Shown in pieces: positions 19,150 through 28,858 of a stretch of 64,000 nt of DNA. The notes below the pieces were generated by a model, which worked only from the letters and a program-made list of their open reading frames with translations, made no database searches and was not told the DNA's origin. The stretch is from the sequence record OZ196285.1; one strand, given 5' to 3'. Within the stretch, counting starts at the first letter, position 1. The number at the start of each line of letters is the position of its first letter. A program made the position numbers and the translations under genes.

Positions 19150-19533
19150 ATGTTTGCGAAATACAAAATCTACTTCATATTCGCAGCGATTCTTGCGTCT
19201 GTGCTGACTATTGGCTATTTGAAAGTTCAGAACATTGGGCTTGAGAAGGACATTGTGAGCTTAGACGCAGAAGTAGCGGTCTTGACTGAAGACAAAACCA
19301 GACTACAGACGTTGATCGAAGGGAAGAATGACACAATTGCCGAATGGCGAGACGTGTACTTTGAACAGTCTGTTTACCGAAAGGCACTTCAATTCGAGCT
19401 TGATACGACTACAGCTACGCTTGAGCGATACAAATCGCGCCAAGACGTTGTATTCAAAAAGCCGGGATTAGTTCAAATCAAGGAGCAACGCGCCCTTGAT
19501 AAGTTCTTTGATGAGGTGCGTAATGAAAAATAA
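19150..19533 (+). CDS. Inner-membrane spanin (Rz, PseT.3-like)
   Basis: N-terminal TM, coiled coil, KPGLV motif; overlaps lipoprotein gene. Confidence 0.85.
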   Translation: MFAKYKIYFIFAAILASVLTIGYLKVQNIGLEKDIVSLDAEVAVLTEDKTRLQTLIEGKNDTIAEWRDVYFEQSVYRKALQFELDTTTATLERYKSRQDVVFKKPGLVQIKEQRALDKFFDEVRNEK

Positions 19534-19858
19534 CATTCTAGCGTTACTTGTTGCTGTTTTCTTGGCTGGGTGTATCGGAACACCTAAGCCAGAAGTCGTG
19601 GTGAACACAACAAATGAGATAGTGCATCCGTCCTTGCCTACTCCGCCACCAAATCCCGGGGTTAAGATACTAGTAATCACTGAGGAAAACATCAAATCAG
19701 AGCAGGCGTATGTTGGCTTTACTTATGATGAGTGGCTAGACTTTGCAAAATGGATGCATAGTTTTAAATCGTACAATGCAGATCTTCGCCATGTGATCGA
19801 ATTGTATAAGAAGCAAGACCCTGCTTTCGCGGATGAAGAAGAGGTAAAAGGTGATTGA
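19523..19858 (+). CDS. Outer-membrane spanin lipoprotein (Rz1, PseT.2-like)
   Basis: Signal peptide with lipobox LAGC, Pro-rich segment. Confidence 0.85.
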   Translation: MKNNILALLVAVFLAGCIGTPKPEVVVNTTNEIVHPSLPTPPPNPGVKILVITEENIKSEQAYVGFTYDEWLDFAKWMHSFKSYNADLRHVIELYKKQDPAFADEEEVKGD

Positions 19859-19988
19859 GTTGTTTTATGTCGTATTGTTAATTGCGGCTACACTCGGTGT
19901 TTTCGCTTTCGGCTATATGATTGAGTGGGCGATTAATCGCGCTGCTGAGTCATATGACCGAGTTTTGAAAGAATTGAACAAAAAATAA
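19851..19988 (+). CDS. Small membrane protein (45 aa)
   Basis: GAGG RBS, GTG start, MIELFYVVLLIAATLGVFAFGYM...; not in ORF track. Confidence 0.55.
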   Translation: MIELFYVVLLIAATLGVFAFGYMIEWAINRAAESYDRVLKELNKK

Positions 19989-19990
19989 AG

Positions 19991-20040
19991 AAAAGGGTTG
20001 CTTCAGCAGCCCTTTTTGCGTATTATAGCTCTATCAAAAC
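19991..20040 (+). promoter_or_regulatory. PeSL-like cassette, copy 2
   Basis: Hairpin containing TTGCTT-17bp-TATTAT then AGCTCTATCAAAAC. Confidence 0.8.
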
Positions 20041-20055
20041 AAACTAGAGCACAAT

Positions 20056-20358
20056 ATGATCGAATTTAAACGTCTGAATCTTTGTCCTGAGAGCAATTAC
20101 CCGCTTTATGTGTACGACTCGATTGACGAGCACAAGCCTGAAAACGTGCTCGATCAGCTCGACGCACGCAACTTCTGGGAGCCTAGCACGGGTAAAACAC
20201 ACACGACGCTTCGCATTTGCAAACACATGAATATGTGGACGCTTCGTGCGACGGGTAATGAATTTGCCAAACTAGATATCGTGAAAGACGATTTCAAAAC
20301 TAAGAAAGCTGCTATTGAGTACGTAAACAAACACTATGTAAATCGTGAGGAAAAGTAA
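20056..20358 (+). CDS. Hypothetical early protein
   Basis: 100-aa ORF behind PeSL promoter. Confidence 0.65.
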   Translation: MIEFKRLNLCPESNYPLYVYDSIDEHKPENVLDQLDARNFWEPSTGKTHTTLRICKHMNMWTLRATGNEFAKLDIVKDDFKTKKAAIEYVNKHYVNREEK

Positions 20359-21488
20359 TGTCTACAAACAAACAAACACTACAAACTGCATTCGGTATCG
20401 CTGATGTTCAGTTCGATCAATTCGGTTCAGTTAACGAGCCAACGCTAATGCGTCTAATCGATGCACTAGAGCCACACGATTCTGTTGCGTCTGACGCAGC
20501 ACGCGAAGAGATCAAGCAATACGATGTACTCGGTGCAGAATCGTATCAACGTCTCTTAGAAGCTGCTAAAAACGCTCTAGCACCGACTGTATACGTTACT
20601 GTTGGCGTTCCTGCGTCTGGTAAGACGACATGGGCTGAAGAAATGTGTGCAAATGACGCAAATATCGTCAATGTGAATCGCGACGACGCACGCCAAGAGC
20701 TATTTGGTCCGTTTAAATGGGGCGAATACAAGTTCTCTGACAAAAATGAAAAACTTGTGACTAAAACTTGTAATGAACGTGCTATGATTGCTCTAACGCA
20801 AGGTAAGAGCGTGATTATCTCAGATACGAACTTGTACCCTGAGTTTCGCAACAAGTGGGCTTCGATTGCTACAGAGTTTGGTGCGAAGTACGAAGAAGTT
20901 CTATTTCATATCAACTATGAAGTAGCAGCAGCGCGTGATGCAGCGCGTGACATGACAGTCGGTAAGAAAATTCTTACTAACATGCTTCAAAAGTACCACA
21001 ACCTGAACCGCGACTTGATTGTCAAGCACTTCAAAGAGAAGCTAGAAGCTGCATGGGCTGGCATTCACGAAGAGATCGTATTGAGCGACATCGACGGCAC
21101 AGTAGCAGAAATGCACAAAGGCGTTAAAGGTAAGCGTTCACCATTCGAATGGCTACGTGTTGGCGAAGATACACCACGCACGAACGTTCTATTCGCGCTT
21201 GGTTTGTATGCTGAACACTACCCGGTTTGGTTCATGAGTGGTCGTGATGGTGTATGTGAGTCACATACGACTGAATGGCTTAAAGAACATGCTCCGTTCT
21301 ACACTGGTTTAGTCATGCGCAAGCCTAGCGATTCTCGCCCGGATTGGGTAATCAAACTTGAGCTATTGCTTGAGCTTGCAGAAATGGGCATTAAGCCTGT
21401 CGTGATGTTCGATGATCGCGATCAAGTAGTGAACACACTACGTGAAGTTGGCGTCGAAGTATGGCAGGTACAACCTGGTAACTTCTAA
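20358..21488 (+). CDS. pseT: Polynucleotide 5'-kinase/3'-phosphatase with N-terminal extension
   Basis: GVPASGKT, NRDDAR, IISDTN, HAD DIDGT, FDDR.QVV. Confidence 0.95.
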   Translation: MSTNKQTLQTAFGIADVQFDQFGSVNEPTLMRLIDALEPHDSVASDAAREEIKQYDVLGAESYQRLLEAAKNALAPTVYVTVGVPASGKTTWAEEMCANDANIVNVNRDDARQELFGPFKWGEYKFSDKNEKLVTKTCNERAMIALTQGKSVIISDTNLYPEFRNKWASIATEFGAKYEEVLFHINYEVAAARDAARDMTVGKKILTNMLQKYHNLNRDLIVKHFKEKLEAAWAGIHEEIVLSDIDGTVAEMHKGVKGKRSPFEWLRVGEDTPRTNVLFALGLYAEHYPVWFMSGRDGVCESHTTEWLKEHAPFYTGLVMRKPSDSRPDWVIKLELLLELAEMGIKPVVMFDDRDQVVNTLREVGVEVWQVQPGNF

Positions 21489-21497
21489 AAAGGTAAA

Positions 21498-21773
21498 TTG
21501 ATGGAACTCGCACTAATTATTGCGTTTATCATCTTCGCGATAGCAGTCATTGTGACTGCTAAACGCAAGACGAAACGCAATGTTTCAAACGCTGCTGCTG
21601 AAGAACTAGCAGCAAATCGACATCGTGAGCAAATCGAGTGTGTGCGTGCTATTAGCTCTGCACCGCATCGACCATCACGAACGTCTGAATTCAAGCGACC
21701 ACGTTCTGCCGAGTCTAGCCGCTCACGCAGTTCTGATATGTCGCATTCAACACACGACACATTTGGAGATTAA
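21498..21773 (+). CDS. Membrane-anchored hypothetical protein
   Basis: N-terminal TM, Ser/Arg-rich tail. Confidence 0.6.
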   Translation: MMELALIIAFIIFAIAVIVTAKRKTKRNVSNAAAEELAANRHREQIECVRAISSAPHRPSRTSEFKRPRSAESSRSRSSDMSHSTHDTFGD

Positions 21774-21775
21774 TC

Positions 21776-22294
21776 ATGATTGTCGGTACTCAAAAAGGTG
21801 ATTTAGTCGCGACATTAGAACGCGCTATCGCAACCCCTAAAGATGAACGAACGTTCTACATGGGTCATGGTTGTAACTGTTTCGTGACTCAAGGCTCTGG
21901 TATTGCAGGTCAATTGCGACGCTTCCCAGAGATTTTTCAAGCTGATGTATTGAATGCCCGTTCAGGGGACCCGCTCAAGCTTGGTACTGTTTCTAGCGCA
22001 TCGTTTGGTGATGACATTGACGCTAATAGCGCGGTCGTGTTCAACATGTACACACAGTTCAGTATGGGTACTAATGAACGACACGTCGAATATGCAGCAG
22101 TCGCTCAGGCAGTATCTGATGTATGTGAAGAAATCAGCGCAAAACAGATGAATGACGTGCTATATCTACCAATGATTGGTGCAGGCCTAGCGGGTGGCGA
22201 TTGGGCGATTCTGTACGAAGTTATTGATCGAGCGTCTGGTGGTCAGCGTGTTATTATCGTCGATTTCGAGCCAAACACTATTATCGACTGGTGA
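21776..22294 (+). CDS. Macrodomain protein (Tk.4-like ADP-ribose binding/hydrolase)
   Basis: GDL, HGCNCF...GSGIA, NMYTQ, PMIGAGLAGGDW. Confidence 0.9.
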   Translation: MIVGTQKGDLVATLERAIATPKDERTFYMGHGCNCFVTQGSGIAGQLRRFPEIFQADVLNARSGDPLKLGTVSSASFGDDIDANSAVVFNMYTQFSMGTNERHVEYAAVAQAVSDVCEEISAKQMNDVLYLPMIGAGLAGGDWAILYEVIDRASGGQRVIIVDFEPNTIIDW

Positions 22295-22298
22295 TTGC

Positions 22299-22448
22299 AT
22301 GAGTATTTGGGCTGTTATCGGGTGCTCAGTTGTAGTGGGAGCCGTTTTTACCTGGGTTGTGACGAAACTTATTGACATGCACGATGCGCGTATGCTAAAG
22401 TTACGTCATAAATTAATTCGTGAACGAGCGAAGAAGAAACTACCATGA
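22299..22448 (+). CDS. Small membrane protein
   Basis: MSIWAVIGCSVVVGAVFTW..., basic tail. Confidence 0.5.
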   Translation: MSIWAVIGCSVVVGAVFTWVVTKLIDMHDARMLKLRHKLIRERAKKKLP

Positions 22449-22675
22449 ATGACAACTACGACAAAAATCAGAAACTAGCAGACGCATTTGATGCATGGCG
22501 CGTCGTACCGCGCTTGTTAGTTGGTCTATATGGCTACTTGCTTTATGTCGCGTCTACATGGTTCATGAGTCTACCCGACCCTACTAATACGCAAGCAGCA
22601 TTTATATCGACTATGTTCGGTGCTGCTGCTGCAATCTTCGGTCTTTATACTAATTCAGGTAAGAAAGGTAACTGA
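22445..22675 (+). CDS. Two-TM membrane protein (holin-like topology)
   Basis: DAWRVVPRLL-TM-W.F..L.DP-TM, basic C-terminus. Confidence 0.5.
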   Translation: MNDNYDKNQKLADAFDAWRVVPRLLVGLYGYLLYVASTWFMSLPDPTNTQAAFISTMFGAAAAIFGLYTNSGKKGN

Positions 22676-22676
22676 T

Positions 22677-23018
22677 ATGACTGACAACGAAATTTTACAA
22701 CCCACATACGGTGATTACGAAGCAGTGTCTGTTGAAATCCTCAACGATGATATCGATTCTGATAGATTCGATGATTTCCCTGCATACGTAATGCAAGCTG
22801 AAGACACTGAGCGCAGCCATTACATGAATGCGTATTTCAGTGCTGATTTTCTTGTGATTGACATTCAAATAGAAAAGATTCAGTTTGTTAAACGCAACCC
22901 TGAAGCAAATGCTGCTGATTTCGAAAAGTATATGACAGAATTTTATGCATGGTACAAAGCTAAAGCTGAAGAGTTCTTTTTAATCAAAGAAATTGAGTTT
23001 TTAATTGAACCAGTCTAA
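22677..23018 (+). CDS. Acidic hypothetical protein
   Basis: ORF with AAGG RBS. Confidence 0.6.
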   Translation: MTDNEILQPTYGDYEAVSVEILNDDIDSDRFDDFPAYVMQAEDTERSHYMNAYFSADFLVIDIQIEKIQFVKRNPEANAADFEKYMTEFYAWYKAKAEEFFLIKEIEFLIEPV

Positions 23019-23021
23019 ATA
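23014..23021 (+). promoter_or_regulatory. Variant late promoter
   Basis: TCTAAATA upstream of CTS-bearing ORF; CCTAAATA variants precede other CTS genes. Confidence 0.5.
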
Positions 23022-23051
23022 ACTGCATGTACATCAACAACGGTTATTTTA

Positions 23052-24758
23052 ATGAAAAAATTTAGAAACTTCTATAGTGAAGTTCGACTAGATGAAATAT
23101 CTGATCGAGCTAACATTGACATAGATTGGGATTTTGGTGCTGATAACGGCACAAGCGACTCGACTGCTAATTTCAATGCAGGCGGAGAACGATTCAACGT
23201 TGAACTAAGTGAAAGTAACCCGGGTTACTTCACAGTCACGTTTCAGAACTCTGGTGGATATTCACAGACTGGTCAACAAGGGCATGGTGCCGCTGCTGTA
23301 TTCTCTGGCGTATTAACGTGTTTGCGTGAGTTCACCGAGCGTTACGAAGAAGAAATGGCAATGAATCCATATGAGTTTGACTTCAGTGCCGCGTATGAAC
23401 TTCCGCGCACTCATGAGCATTATAAAGATGCATCATCACATGCAGGTCGTAACAAGCTTCTACAATTGCCACTTGACGAACAGAAAAAGTTACTTAAAGA
23501 CTTAATTTCTCGTCCGATGCTGTATTACTCTCTATCGCTGTCTTTCGGTAAAGAGCAAGGCTATTCTACTCACATGAATGACCGTCTATTGCGACATTTG
23601 TGTGGCAATGCTGATGACTTCAGATCTGTTCGTAAGAACGCAACGCGTACTATAGTTGCAATGGACGAGCAAGCAGTTGCCAATGCATTTGCACAAGCAA
23701 CGGGTAGTGTTTCATTCACACTAACAAACGATCATCAAAGTTCGTCTGATTATGACGCACCGTTCGGTGAAGCTAATCTTGAAGATGCAATCGAAGACGC
23801 GAGTGAAGAACAAGTACAAGCGTGGATTAATGATGGTCGAGAAGACGACATCTTAGAGCACGCCGATTGGCAAAAGCTCGTAGAGATTGCGGGTTGGGGC
23901 TTGATGCATGACGAGCTAATCAAACACGATGACGAAGATGTTCGTGCCGCAGTTGTGAACAACGACTACGAAATGGGCGATACTCTTGCAGAGTCAGACG
24001 AATGGGAACATCGTAAGCAAGCTGCTGAAATGGGCTTCATGACTCATCAACTGACACACGATGCTGACGATGACGTTCGAGAAGCTGCGTGGGAGTACGC
24101 TCGTGAGGCATTCGATTCTGAAGAACTAATCGATATGGCGAAGGGGGTTCAACGCAATCTTGGTAATGAATCTGCGCATGATGTGTGGGATTACATGATC
24201 GATTGGGGTGATGACGAACAGAAAATCTATGTTGCATACGAAGGATATGGTATCGATGAGCTGATGAGCGACGATGATAGCGATGTTCGTGAAGCTGCAA
24301 TGGCGCAAGCGTTTGATCAATACGATACGAATGAAGCCGTTGATTTCATCATGTCGCATTCGGCTGATGAACGCCAATATAACTTCGAATGGATCATGAG
24401 CCAAAGCTATGGCCCGGGTGCCGAAGAATATGCACTTGAGAAAGCGAAAGAAAATGGTCTAGATGTCGATGAATACGAAGACGAAGACGGGGACGAAGAT
24501 CCGGGCGTAACTGATTACACAGTTACGCCAAAGGGTGACACGAACACGTCTAAGTTGCAGTTGGATTTCACTGACAGCGACGGCGATGAACAAGAACTTA
24601 CCATTGAGCGCGATCACGACCCGAAAGGTTATCGTGTAATCGACGACAGTGGTACGTCTGACTTCAGCTATGCATGGGAAGTGTTTACTTACCTTGAGCA
24701 AGAGCATGGTCTGTTGATAACATCTAACAGCGATTTCATTGATTTCATGAAATACTAA
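23052..24758 (+). CDS. Acidic 568-aa candidate internal head protein with HEAT-like repeats
   Basis: MKKFRNFYSEVRLDE N-term; repeats LIKHDDEDVRAAVV, LTHDADDDVREAAW, LMSDDDSDVREAAM. Confidence 0.6.
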   Translation: MKKFRNFYSEVRLDEISDRANIDIDWDFGADNGTSDSTANFNAGGERFNVELSESNPGYFTVTFQNSGGYSQTGQQGHGAAAVFSGVLTCLREFTERYEEEMAMNPYEFDFSAAYELPRTHEHYKDASSHAGRNKLLQLPLDEQKKLLKDLISRPMLYYSLSLSFGKEQGYSTHMNDRLLRHLCGNADDFRSVRKNATRTIVAMDEQAVANAFAQATGSVSFTLTNDHQSSSDYDAPFGEANLEDAIEDASEEQVQAWINDGREDDILEHADWQKLVEIAGWGLMHDELIKHDDEDVRAAVVNNDYEMGDTLAESDEWEHRKQAAEMGFMTHQLTHDADDDVREAAWEYAREAFDSEELIDMAKGVQRNLGNESAHDVWDYMIDWGDDEQKIYVAYEGYGIDELMSDDDSDVREAAMAQAFDQYDTNEAVDFIMSHSADERQYNFEWIMSQSYGPGAEEYALEKAKENGLDVDEYEDEDGDEDPGVTDYTVTPKGDTNTSKLQLDFTDSDGDEQELTIERDHDPKGYRVIDDSGTSDFSYAWEVFTYLEQEHGLLITSNSDFIDFMKY

Positions 24759-24760
24759 AG

Positions 24761-24797
24761 AAAAGGGTTGACTTCGGTCAACCCTTTCGTGTATTCT
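24761..24797 (+). promoter_or_regulatory. PeSL-like cassette, variant
   Basis: AAAAGGGTTGAC-TTCG-GTCAACCCTTT with TTGACT in stem. Confidence 0.75.
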
Positions 24798-24831
24798 GCG
24801 TACAGACACATTCAAAAAAAGAGAGAAAATT

Positions 24832-25101
24832 ATGACTATCATCACTGATATCAATAAGCTTGACGAAGTATTCATCAACTTTAATGATGAGTACGATTCT
24901 GACTCAGCAATTACACGCATCGAACGCGTCGCTGATCATGATAGCGTTCACGCGCTGATCATGCCGTTCACGCAAGGTATTTCACTGTTCATCGAAGACA
25001 TCATCGATAATGAACTGACACTAGACGAGTACAAAACGTTTCTGACGACTGCTCTGAATAAAGAATTCGGTACAGAAATCAACAAAATCGAGTTTTTATA
25101 G
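24832..25101 (+). CDS. Acidic hypothetical early protein
   Basis: gagagaaaattATG leader. Confidence 0.7.
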   Translation: MTIITDINKLDEVFINFNDEYDSDSAITRIERVADHDSVHALIMPFTQGISLFIEDIIDNELTLDEYKTFLTTALNKEFGTEINKIEFL

Positions 25102-25160
25102 TTTAACGCCTCAGTTGAACGCGATATACTGTACGTATATTAATCAATTGAGGCAATACT

Positions 25161-25376
25161 ATGGGACATTACGATTGCAGACACTGTGGCACTTTTGGTT
25201 GCTTCGGTGAGTGTAAGACTGAAGAAAATAAAGCGATTGCACGCGAAACGGAAAATCGTTTGGCGCGGGCTTCGAAATGGCAAGCTGTTTTGCGAGCCGA
25301 AGAACAACGACTTGCTGACCTTGAAAAAGCACGTGCTTTCTTTTTAGTTCACGACAAAAATGGTAATCCTATATGA
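25161..25376 (+). CDS. Small Cys-rich protein
   Basis: CRHC..GC..EC then coiled coil; GAGG RBS. Confidence 0.65.
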   Translation: MGHYDCRHCGTFGCFGECKTEENKAIARETENRLARASKWQAVLRAEEQRLADLEKARAFFLVHDKNGNPI

Positions 25377-25750
25377 TTCACAAGTGGGTTGACCATTACC
25401 ATATGAACATGATAAACTACATGTCATCACAGTTTAACACAGATACTACTTTTCTGGGGTTCTTGCCAGTTACGGCGTCCAACGATTCTTGGGGTCTTTC
25501 AGTGCCTGAGAGTGACCATCGTTGGACTGCCGTTCATTTTTTTGATAGCGAGAAGCACGAAACACGTTCAGAAGAAGAAGAGCGCGAACAAAAGAGAATT
25601 GACAAAGGTTACACTTGGTTAGTTGTTTTTTATGGCGTAGATAACACTTCTTACATGAAACGGTTTAAATCTCGAAAACAGGTGTTAGAATGGTGGTACA
25701 AAACAAAGACATTGCACACGCTCGATGGTCTTTTCTTTTACAACAGCTAA
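25373..25750 (+). CDS. Hypothetical protein
   Basis: ATGA-coupled ORF. Confidence 0.65.
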   Translation: MIHKWVDHYHMNMINYMSSQFNTDTTFLGFLPVTASNDSWGLSVPESDHRWTAVHFFDSEKHETRSEEEEREQKRIDKGYTWLVVFYGVDNTSYMKRFKSRKQVLEWWYKTKTLHTLDGLFFYNS

Positions 25751-25763
25751 TTGAGAGTAAATT

Positions 25764-26378
25764 ATGAACGTACAAAAGGCATTAAACGCACTGAACATCG
25801 TTTCGAATAACGTATACACGCAAGTGATCAACGAGTCGATGAAGCCTTTGCTTGTCGGTGTCTATGAGCATATGACTGATAAGTTCGAATATGGTCAAGA
25901 AGTGTGGTATGGTGATGCTGACGTGTACGTGAGTGTTGAAGAGGGTCATGAACGTTTCGGTGATATGCACGACGTTATTATCATTCGCAACGTTGTGAGC
26001 TGCTGTGATGAACCGTACGTTACTGCTGTAATCAACCGCAATACTAAATTCATTTCAACAGTCAAGAACGTATCACCGCGTGGCAAAAAGAACGAATTCA
26101 ACTTTGGCGATCATCGCGATTGGGATGTGTGTGGTCTAGATACGCTCCGTGACCACAAGTGGGAATTTGGTTATAATGACTTGCGTGATGACCATCTAGT
26201 GTTTCACTTAGACGAAATTTGGGCAAATCATCCTAAGATCAATAAGTCGTACAACGGTTGGTCGCGTTATGACAGTCATTGTGGATATCATGTTCATGAC
26301 CTGCTGTATGCTCAACGAGAAATCGAGTATGCACATCGAATGATTGTCGAACATGGTGATTATACTGTATGTGAATAA
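25764..26378 (+). CDS. Hypothetical protein
   Basis: 204-aa ORF with GAGAG RBS. Confidence 0.7.
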   Translation: MNVQKALNALNIVSNNVYTQVINESMKPLLVGVYEHMTDKFEYGQEVWYGDADVYVSVEEGHERFGDMHDVIIIRNVVSCCDEPYVTAVINRNTKFISTVKNVSPRGKKNEFNFGDHRDWDVCGLDTLRDHKWEFGYNDLRDDHLVFHLDEIWANHPKINKSYNGWSRYDSHCGYHVHDLLYAQREIEYAHRMIVEHGDYTVCE

Positions 26379-26404
26379 AAAAAGCAGCCGATTGGCTGCT
26401 TTTG
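26377..26404. terminator. Bidirectional terminator
   Basis: AAAAAAAGCAGCC-GATT-GGCTGCTTTT between convergent genes; near-identical at 50403. Confidence 0.85.
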
Positions 26405-26407
26405 CGT

Positions 26408-27463
26408 TTATGAGCGGTAGATTACGAAGTCGCGCCCCATTGAATCCCATGAACCGAAGCTCATACCGTTCTTGACTGCTTGCATTAAACTGTCGTTGCT
26501 GCGAATCGCGGCTTTTGGTAGACAAACAAGACCGCTTGTTTTAATCGCCAGTAGCTCAAGAGCTTCGAGTAATTCATCACCATCATTGCCAGGGTATGAG
26601 AACTCACTGAACCAATAGCCAATCTTCTTGTACTTCATGTCTTGCGTGTAAGTCACGTCAAACCCACGAAGAGCGCGTTTCAAGTCGCTATCTTTACCAT
26701 TGAACGCTTTCTTTGTCTCGCTGTGTTCAGCACCTGCACGAGAAAGCAAACGTTTCTGTTCACCAGTCGAGATATTATCCCAACCGACGAAATTGCCTTT
26801 GAATTGATTAAACCAAGCTGCTGCTGTCATCGGGCTATTGTGGAATGCTTTCTTGGTATCAGCGATGGCTTGCGCGTATCGAGCGTTAATCTCATGCGAA
26901 TAGTTCTGATATTCAGCGTGTGTCGCATCACGACCGATCTTAGCGTTGTTGACTAGTGCTTTATCGACATAAGCGCGTTTCGTCCCTGAGTGCGTGTACG
27001 TGCCATCTGCGTCGGTTGTTTCAAAGTCATCAACATCACCAGAACGCCAGTTATCGTATGCATGTTGCAGTTCGTGCAATGCAGTTGATTCGATGCTGTC
27101 TTTCTGAACTGCAAACTTTGGTATGATCTGTGACACTGATGTAATGCCCTGCAAATCGACAGTAAGCATCAAATGCCCTGCTTCAACTGCGTCTGGCTTG
27201 TGTAATGCCCCGTTCCACGAGCCTAGCGTCAAGCTGCCAGTGTTATCGAGCTTCAGGTATGCAATGATACCCCTTTCTAGTAACGCGTCTAGTTCGCGCT
27301 CTTCAGTGCGAAAATGCATGCCTTTCGTATTGGTAGCAAGGTTGTTCGGGTCGAATGGTCTAGTGCGTAGTGCAGATTCTAGTTTCTGCTCAAGGTCGTT
27401 GACAATTGTCTTGGCAACGTCTTCTAATGCTCGTTGTGATTTCACGCTTTCAAAAATAATCAT
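26408..27463 (-). CDS. Zincin-like metallopeptidase, candidate internal head protein
   Basis: ALHELQHAYD (HExxH) plus downstream HEINA; MIIFES N-term; CCTAAATA upstream. Confidence 0.65.
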   Translation of the reverse strand: MIIFESVKSQRALEDVAKTIVNDLEQKLESALRTRPFDPNNLATNTKGMHFRTEERELDALLERGIIAYLKLDNTGSLTLGSWNGALHKPDAVEAGHLMLTVDLQGITSVSQIIPKFAVQKDSIESTALHELQHAYDNWRSGDVDDFETTDADGTYTHSGTKRAYVDKALVNNAKIGRDATHAEYQNYSHEINARYAQAIADTKKAFHNSPMTAAAWFNQFKGNFVGWDNISTGEQKRLLSRAGAEHSETKKAFNGKDSDLKRALRGFDVTYTQDMKYKKIGYWFSEFSYPGNDGDELLEALELLAIKTSGLVCLPKAAIRSNDSLMQAVKNGMSFGSWDSMGRDFVIYRS

Positions 27464-27481
27464 ATTAATGCTCGAATGTGG

Positions 27482-27510
27482 TTGACTGTATTATCTATTT
27501 AGGTTAATAT
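27482..27510 (+). promoter_or_regulatory. Early promoter containing an opposite-strand late promoter
   Basis: TTGACT-17bp-TAATAT on +; CCTAAATA on - at 27496-27503. Confidence 0.7.
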
Positions 27511-27540
27511 CTATCTCATCGAAACGAAACAGAGAAAATT

Positions 27541-28209
27541 ATGACTATTAAAAATATCGAAGCAATTGAGTACATTCACGAATGTTTGAGAACACGCATG
27601 TACAAGCCTCAACTGCATGTAGAAGCGATGAAGAGGAGTGGTATGGATATCGTTCTTCGCAAAAACACGCCGTATACGATTGCGCTAGTTAATCATGAAA
27701 AAGAATCAGCATGTTCTTACTACACACGTGATGTGAAACGCATTTGCACGATTATCACAGAGCCACGCGACATCATGGCTCGTACGATCATTGAAAAGCG
27801 TCGTGAATATGCTGAATACATGAAAAAGACTGCGATTGATTTCGAATATGATGTCGCTGAACCTGCGGTAGCTATCATTCAAAAGATGATAACTAAGCCG
27901 CATCGCTTTCACATCGAGCGTACTATCGATCCACATCTATGCTACAATGAGAACAACTGCACGACGATCTTGATTGACAAAGACACTAAAGTGAAGTTTA
28001 TTACTAAGATGCCGCCGGGTCATCGATATGTACATGATGTCATCTTGCCGAGTGTATTCAATTCACAAGAAAACGAAGTAATCTCTTCACTCATCGCAAA
28101 GATTGTTCGTGACACCGCGAACGAACGTCATGAAAAAGAACTGGCACGCAAAGCTAAACGCATCGCAAAACACCGCGCTGAACTAATGACACAATACGGA
28201 GTAGAGTAA
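27541..28209 (+). CDS. Hypothetical early protein
   Basis: 222-aa ORF after promoter and conserved leader. Confidence 0.7.
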   Translation: MTIKNIEAIEYIHECLRTRMYKPQLHVEAMKRSGMDIVLRKNTPYTIALVNHEKESACSYYTRDVKRICTIITEPRDIMARTIIEKRREYAEYMKKTAIDFEYDVAEPAVAIIQKMITKPHRFHIERTIDPHLCYNENNCTTILIDKDTKVKFITKMPPGHRYVHDVILPSVFNSQENEVISSLIAKIVRDTANERHEKELARKAKRIAKHRAELMTQYGVE

Positions 28210-28210
28210 C

Positions 28211-28603
28211 ATGGCTTATCAAGTAGTTAACGGCAAATTGCGCAAAGTACAGAAAGAGAAACCGATCAATCATGAAAAAATGTGGGCTGAACATCAACGT
28301 CAGCAAGAAATCACAAATGAAATCAGTCGTCGATTTGTCGAACGCTCACAGATTGAGCGCCTTGATACTCGTGAGCGCCACGAAGCGATGATCGACTTAG
28401 CAAAGACGAATGAACGTAAAGGTAAGAAAGGAGGTGACTGTAACGTAACTCAGTGCCAAAAGCCGGGTGCAAGCTCTTACAACACAGCGATGAGAGCATA
28501 TTACTGTGAGTCATGTGCTCAAGATATTTGGCAAGCAGGTCAACGCGACCGTCGCGACTTCATACGCCCGACTCCTGATTACACTTACAAGTACGAGGGA
28601 TAA
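28211..28603 (+). CDS. Zn-finger-containing hypothetical protein
   Basis: CNVTQC...YYCESC. Confidence 0.65.
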   Translation: MAYQVVNGKLRKVQKEKPINHEKMWAEHQRQQEITNEISRRFVERSQIERLDTRERHEAMIDLAKTNERKGKKGGDCNVTQCQKPGASSYNTAMRAYYCESCAQDIWQAGQRDRRDFIRPTPDYTYKYEG

Positions 28604-28606
28604 GTC

Positions 28607-28858
28607 ATGGCAGAACTATTTCAAGCACTGGCGATCACTTTGATTATCTTCGTGAACGTTGTTGGATTTATCTTAATGCTGTTGCGACTAATAGATGATG
28701 AATGGACAATCTTACGTGCAATCGTTATGGTTCTCGGCTTTGTCGGATCCGCTGCTGCTGCAATTTTCTTCTGGGCTTGTTGGTTATGGGAAGGCGTGAT
28801 CATTCCATCAAAGTTATGGGAAGCATTAACAGAGAAAAGAGGGAAAAAACATGAATGA
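28607..28858 (+). CDS. Two-TM membrane protein
   Basis: Two hydrophobic helices. Confidence 0.65.
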   Translation: MAELFQALAITLIIFVNVVGFILMLLRLIDDEWTILRAIVMVLGFVGSAAAAIFFWACWLWEGVIIPSKLWEALTEKRGKKHE

